Positions 60,045 through 64,000 of a DNA stretch of 64,000 nt are shown piece by piece. Below the pieces are notes generated by a model. It ran no database searches, was not told the origin of the DNA, and saw nothing but the letters and a program-made list of their open reading frames with translations. The stretch covers positions 2,587 through 66,586 of the forward strand of contig JAGYIY010000004.1 of the NCBI GenBank assembly GCA_018402485.1, read 5' to 3'. Within the stretch, counting starts at the first letter, position 1. Each line of letters begins with the position of its first letter. The translations under genes were made by a program, and so were the position numbers. This DNA is from Roseivirga sp. (GTDB taxonomy: Bacteria; Bacteroidota; Bacteroidia; Cytophagales; Cyclobacteriaceae).

Positions 60045-60077
60045 AAACAGGCTCCTCCAATGGGAGCCTGTTTTTTT
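60045..60077. terminator. Bidirectional terminator between the tRNA and oxyR
   Basis: AAACAGGCTCC-loop-GGAGCCTGTTTTTTT. Confidence 0.85.
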
Positions 60078-61005
60078 ATCTCCATTTCAACCTTTTAACC
60101 TTTCTTACTTTTGAAAAATGATCAGGTAGGTTGTCTAAAATAGCCATTTTTAGAGCATCTGTGAGGCCTTCTTTGGCAAAGCTTCTGTGTGTTACCAAGC
60201 TTACTTCGCGAACAGGTTCGGGACTTTCAAACCTTCGGATGTGTGTATCATCTTTTTGATCCATCACCGATAATTCAGGAACGAGCGTATATCCTGAATG
60301 ATTTTTTACCAGGTTCATCAGGGTTTGAATAGAACCGCTTTCGTATTGAAGGTTTTCAAGTGAAGTGTTTCCTTTTTTATTGCATAGAGAAAGCACTTGG
60401 TTCCTTAAACAATGTCCTTGATTGAGTAACCACAGGCCTTCTTCAGGTAAATCGTAGGTTGAGATTTTTTTGGCACGATAAAGTGGGTGTAATTCAGATG
60501 TGTACAAAAGGAAAGGCTCATGATATAAGGGGATTTCTTTTAAGTGACCTTCGTCTAGCGGTGTTGCCAAGATACCAATATCAAGTTGGTCGTTTTTTAT
60601 GTCTTGAATGATCTGCTCAGACTCCAACTCTCTTATTTTTAAAATGATGTCAGGGTTGTTTTGGGTAAAGTCTTTTAAGAACCGAAACATCAAAAAAGGT
60701 GCGATGGTTGGGATAACGCCCAAACGATAAAAACCTTTGATGCTGTCTTTTTCGGTATTCACGAAATCTTTCAGGCCATGTACTTCGCGCAAGACCATGC
60801 GTGCCTTTTCAATGATTTCATAACCGATTTTGGTGGGTGTAATAGGGTGTTTTGACCGGTCGAAAATAACTGTACCCATCTCATTTTCAAGTTTTTTGAT
60901 TTGTAGGGTCAGGGTCGGCTGTGTCACAAAGCAACTTTCTGCTGCTTTTACAAAATGTCTTTGGTTATCAAGCGCTACAATGTACTCTAACTGCTGTAAT
61001 GTCAT
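60076..61005 (-). CDS. oxyR: Hydrogen peroxide-inducible LysR regulator
   Basis: MTLQQLEY...HFVKAAESCFVTQPTL HTH; GHCLRNQVLSLC redox Cys pair; divergent from dps. Confidence 0.9.
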   Translation of the reverse strand: MTLQQLEYIVALDNQRHFVKAAESCFVTQPTLTLQIKKLENEMGTVIFDRSKHPITPTKIGYEIIEKARMVLREVHGLKDFVNTEKDSIKGFYRLGVIPTIAPFLMFRFLKDFTQNNPDIILKIRELESEQIIQDIKNDQLDIGILATPLDEGHLKEIPLYHEPFLLYTSELHPLYRAKKISTYDLPEEGLWLLNQGHCLRNQVLSLCNKKGNTSLENLQYESGSIQTLMNLVKNHSGYTLVPELSVMDQKDDTHIRRFESPEPVREVSLVTHRSFAKEGLTDALKMAILDNLPDHFSKVRKVKRLKWR

Positions 61006-61097
61006 ATAGTTAAAATTAATATTTATACAGGGAACATAAATAAGATAAATATGGTTCTTGGGGTAGTTAGAATTTTTACCAATTAAAAATAAAGAAA

Positions 61098-61535
61098 ATG
61101 GATAACAAAGTAGTAGACAAACTGAATCAACTTCTTATTAATTATCAAGTGCATTATCAAAACCTGCGTCTTTTCCACTGGAATGTGAAAGGGCCTTTCT
61201 TTTTTATCTTGCACGAAAAATTTGAAGAATTATACAGAGATGTTGCCGAGAAGGTAGACGAAGTGGCAGAGCGCATTTTATCTCTAGAAGGTACACCTCA
61301 AGGATCATTGAAGAACATTTTATCTAGAGCTGACATCGAGTCTAAAGACGAGGTAGAAGATGCTAATGCTATGGTTGAATCTATTGTAAATGGTCATCAT
61401 ATCCTTATTAAAAATTTAAAGGAAGTATTGGAGGAGGCCGAAAAAGTAGGTGACGAGGGTACACTAGATCTTTTCACTTCTTACATTCAAGAGCTTGAAA
61501 AAGAAAACTGGATGTTTAAATCTTATTTAAGATAA
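61098..61535 (+). CDS. dps: Dps family DNA protection protein
   Basis: FHWNVKG...LHEKFEELY...DEVAERI; EKENW. Confidence 0.93.
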   Translation: MDNKVVDKLNQLLINYQVHYQNLRLFHWNVKGPFFFILHEKFEELYRDVAEKVDEVAERILSLEGTPQGSLKNILSRADIESKDEVEDANAMVESIVNGHHILIKNLKEVLEEAEKVGDEGTLDLFTSYIQELEKENWMFKSYLR

Positions 61536-61921
61536 TGAATTTCCATACGAGAAAATGGGTAAAGCCTGAAGATTTAAACCCCAATGGTACCCTATTTGGA
61601 GGTACATTATTGGCTTGGATTGATGAAGAAGCAGCTTTATATACAGTGGTGCAATTAGAGAACAAACACATTGTCACCAAATTCATTTCAGAAATCAATT
61701 TTATTGACGCTCCTCAACAAGGAGATATCATCGAAATTGGTATGGAGGCTATCCATTTTGGCAAATCCTCCATTACCCTAAGGTGCGAGGTAAGGAATAA
61801 AATAACCCGCAAAGAAATCCTCACGATTGATAAAATTGTGATGGTAAATTTGGGCGCAGATGGATTACCCAAGCCTCATGGAAAGACAAAAATTGAATTT
61901 GTGAAAGACCGATTAAATTAG
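61535..61921 (+). CDS. Hotdog-fold acyl-CoA thioesterase
   Basis: PEDLNPNGTLFGGTLLAWIDE; TAATG overlap with dps. Confidence 0.88.
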   Translation: MNFHTRKWVKPEDLNPNGTLFGGTLLAWIDEEAALYTVVQLENKHIVTKFISEINFIDAPQQGDIIEIGMEAIHFGKSSITLRCEVRNKITRKEILTIDKIVMVNLGADGLPKPHGKTKIEFVKDRLN

Positions 61922-61939
61922 ATCTTTGAACCATTTGTT

Positions 61940-61974
61940 AAAGCCGAGAAGCCCTGTGTTTCTCGGCTTTTTTT
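61940..61974. terminator. Bidirectional terminator between the thioesterase and rsgA
   Basis: AAAGCCGAGAAGC-loop-GTTTCTCGGCTTTTTTT. Confidence 0.85.
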
Positions 61975-62896
61975 AACGATGATCGTCAATGTTTTCCAAC
62001 ATACTGCAGTAGTTTTTGTAACGGCTTGCGTGAATACTGCCAGTTTTCAATGCTGCCTTCACGGCACATTTGGGCTCATTGATGTGCAAGCAATTGTGAA
62101 ACTGGCACTCGCCCAAATGCTTCCTCATCTCAGGAAAGTAATGGCTAATTTCTTCTGGAGCCATTTCTACCAATCCTAATTCTTTGATACCAGGTGTGTC
62201 AATGATTAGACTATCTTCTTCACCCTCAAACATCTCAGCAAAAGTGGTGGTATGCGTGCCTTTGTTCGCGAAAACAGAGACTTCAGCAGTCGTTTGGTTA
62301 ATGTTAGGTAATAAAGCATTCAATAAGGTGGATTTTCCTACACCAGAATGGCCACTTACTAAAGTGGTTTTATGAGACAACAAGGCTTTTACATTAGCTA
62401 AACCTTCCCCTGTTTGAGCAGAAATGAGTTGACAAGTATAACCGATTGATTCATACAGGTTCATCAACTCTAAGCATTTTTCAGTTTCTTTTTCCTCCAT
62501 TAGGTCTTTTTTATTAAAGACCAAAATAGCCGGAATACCGTAAGCTTCTGAACTGACCAAAAACCGGTCGATAAAACCAGTTGAAGTTCTTGGGAAGGAG
62601 AGTGTAGCAAGAAGTAGTGCTTGGTTAAGATTACTGGCTAAAATATGTACATGCGCTGTTTTACGTGTTGATTGTCTAATGATATAATTCTCTCGATTGT
62701 GGATTTCGGTAATTACAGCTTTACCGGCTTCCTCTCCCTCAAAGTTCAATGTTACGTAATCGCCTACGGCTATGGGATTGTTGACCTTCAAATCAATTTG
62801 TTTGAATTTTCCACGCAAACGTGAAGGGTAAAAATGGCCATCATCTCCTTTGACACCATACCAGCTTCCTGTTGATTTATATACCCGTCCCTTCAT
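61973..62896 (-). CDS. rsgA: Ribosome small subunit-dependent GTPase A
   Basis: OB domain; circularly permuted NKKD, GHSGVGKS, GTHTT, DTPG; C-terminal CQFHNCLH...C zinc motif. Confidence 0.95.
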   Translation of the reverse strand: MKGRVYKSTGSWYGVKGDDGHFYPSRLRGKFKQIDLKVNNPIAVGDYVTLNFEGEEAGKAVITEIHNRENYIIRQSTRKTAHVHILASNLNQALLLATLSFPRTSTGFIDRFLVSSEAYGIPAILVFNKKDLMEEKETEKCLELMNLYESIGYTCQLISAQTGEGLANVKALLSHKTTLVSGHSGVGKSTLLNALLPNINQTTAEVSVFANKGTHTTTFAEMFEGEEDSLIIDTPGIKELGLVEMAPEEISHYFPEMRKHLGECQFHNCLHINEPKCAVKAALKTGSIHASRYKNYCSMLENIDDHR

Positions 62897-64000
62897 GCTT
62901 TTTGATATGATTTAGAATGATTTGAGTCGCTCCTGCTTGATTTCGCACATACTGCCTATTGATTTGACCGGCTGTTGCTCGGTGCTCTGGTTGCTCACGT
63001 AGCTTTGTTAATTGAGCTGTAGCCTCATCCCCATGAGCAATAGGGAATGCTCCTCCTTGTTTTGCCAGGTGCTGTGCTTCGGGAAATTTATAAAGTCCTT
63101 TATTACCAAAAACAAGCGGTAGCCCAAAGGTTGCAGCCTCTAGTATATTATGCAAACCGTCACCAAAAGCCCCTCCAATATAGGCAAAGTGTCCGTATTG
63201 ATAGGTCTGAGATAACAATCCCATGGTGTCTAAAACCATCACAGAACAGTCGGAAGTAGTTTGTTCTTCGGTGAATAAGGTGAAAGGAACCTTCAAACTA
63301 CTTGTAATTTGATGTATGTGCTCATAATCTACCAAATGTGGGGCAATGATAAACTTCATTTCCCCGGCAGAAGCGTTGATAAACGCTCGTATGACGCGCA
63401 TGTCTTCTTTCCAAATGCTTCCCCCAATGAGCACAAGATCATCTCCGACAAATGCCTCGATTTTTTCGATGGCTTTTGGTTGGCTTGTGGTTTGTAACAC
63501 TCTGTCGAAACGAGTATCTCCCGACACAGTCACATGCCGCACCCCTATGTTGTTGAGTAATTTTTTCGATGCCTCTGTTTGTACAAAAATATGATGGAAG
63601 AAGTGAAGCATTTGACGATGAAGACCTCCATAAAATTTAAAAAAGATATGTTGAGGTGTAAATAGGGTAGAAATAGTGTAGATGGCGATTCTTCGGTCAT
63701 GAAGGGCCTTTAGCATGTGCCACCAATACTCGTACTTGATGAAAATAGCCAACCTTGGGTTGAGGAGCGTCACGAATTTTTCTGCATTCCGTCGGGTATC
63801 AAAAGGTAAATAGCAGACTAAATCTGGTAGGGGATGGTTTTTACGTTGTTCGTAACCGGATGGTGAAAAAAAGGTGACAACCAGGGGGGATTGTGGAGAT
63901 GCTTCTTTCATTGCTTGCATCAGGGGAAGACCCTGTTCAAACTCCCCTAAAGAAGCAGCATGAAACCAGATGGCTGGATGTGAATATGTTTTGCGAAATT
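62877..64000 (-). CDS. waaA: Kdo transferase, N-terminus beyond the window edge
   Basis: Frame continues upstream of the ORF call with IWFHAASLGEFEQG; also TFFSPSG, YLPFD, GDTRFD, IIAPH, HNILEAA. Confidence 0.9.
   Translation of the reverse strand, partial: FRKTYSHPAIWFHAASLGEFEQGLPLMQAMKEASPQSPLVVTFFSPSGYEQRKNHPLPDLVCYLPFDTRRNAEKFVTLLNPRLAIFIKYEYWWHMLKALHDRRIAIYTISTLFTPQHIFFKFYGGLHRQMLHFFHHIFVQTEASKKLLNNIGVRHVTVSGDTRFDRVLQTTSQPKAIEKIEAFVGDDLVLIGGSIWKEDMRVIRAFINASAGEMKFIIAPHLVDYEHIHQITSSLKVPFTLFTEEQTTSDCSVMVLDTMGLLSQTYQYGHFAYIGGAFGDGLHNILEAATFGLPLVFGNKGLYKFPEAQHLAKQGGAFPIAHGDEATAQLTKLREQPEHRATAGQINRQYVRNQAGATQIILNHIKKHEGTGI

Noticed and set aside
47-63594. Numerous 60-190 aa ORFs nested in or antisense to assigned genes (e.g. 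6067-6642, 3357-3746, 57751-58125)
   Set aside because: They overlap well-supported genes and have shadow-frame composition with no motifs.
1-64000. CRISPR arrays, IS elements, integrases, prophage or defence genes
   Set aside because: No regularly spaced repeats and no transposase, integrase, phage or nuclease-type ORFs were recognised.

Overview
Gene-dense, mostly core-genome segment of a Bacteroidota chromosome, most likely a Cytophagales member. The taxon call rests on TAnnTTTG -7 promoter elements, a T9SS type-A sorting domain, the IPExxxVDY-pyk and cdaA-folP/DUF1599-DoxX synteny, and an archaeal/eukaryotic-type ProRS. It holds about 56 CDS and one tRNA-Arg(ACG). I see no CRISPR array, transposase, integrase or prophage. 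Housekeeping genes: lgt, nadE, rnc, fabF, acpP, pyk, miaA, ffh, ferritin, cdaA, folP, aroK, proS, floA, hemA, nnr, asnS, rpoN, oxyR, dps, rsgA, waaA. The best candidates for poorly described systems are envelope modules: (i) a HhH DNA-binding/beta-barrel protein translationally coupled to a small barrel, downstream of an Omp85-like gene; (ii) an orphan RND permease with a degenerate proton relay, paired with a beta-propeller lipoprotein; (iii) a prion-like low-complexity lipoprotein paired with a FadL-like barrel; (iv) a kinase-less pseudo-receiver/Hpt-receiver-phosphodiesterase run; (v) a cargo-less T9SS sorting-domain protein with an ECF-like promoter; (vi) a T1SS whose ATPase motifs are degenerate. 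All family calls come from motif recognition by eye, not database searches.
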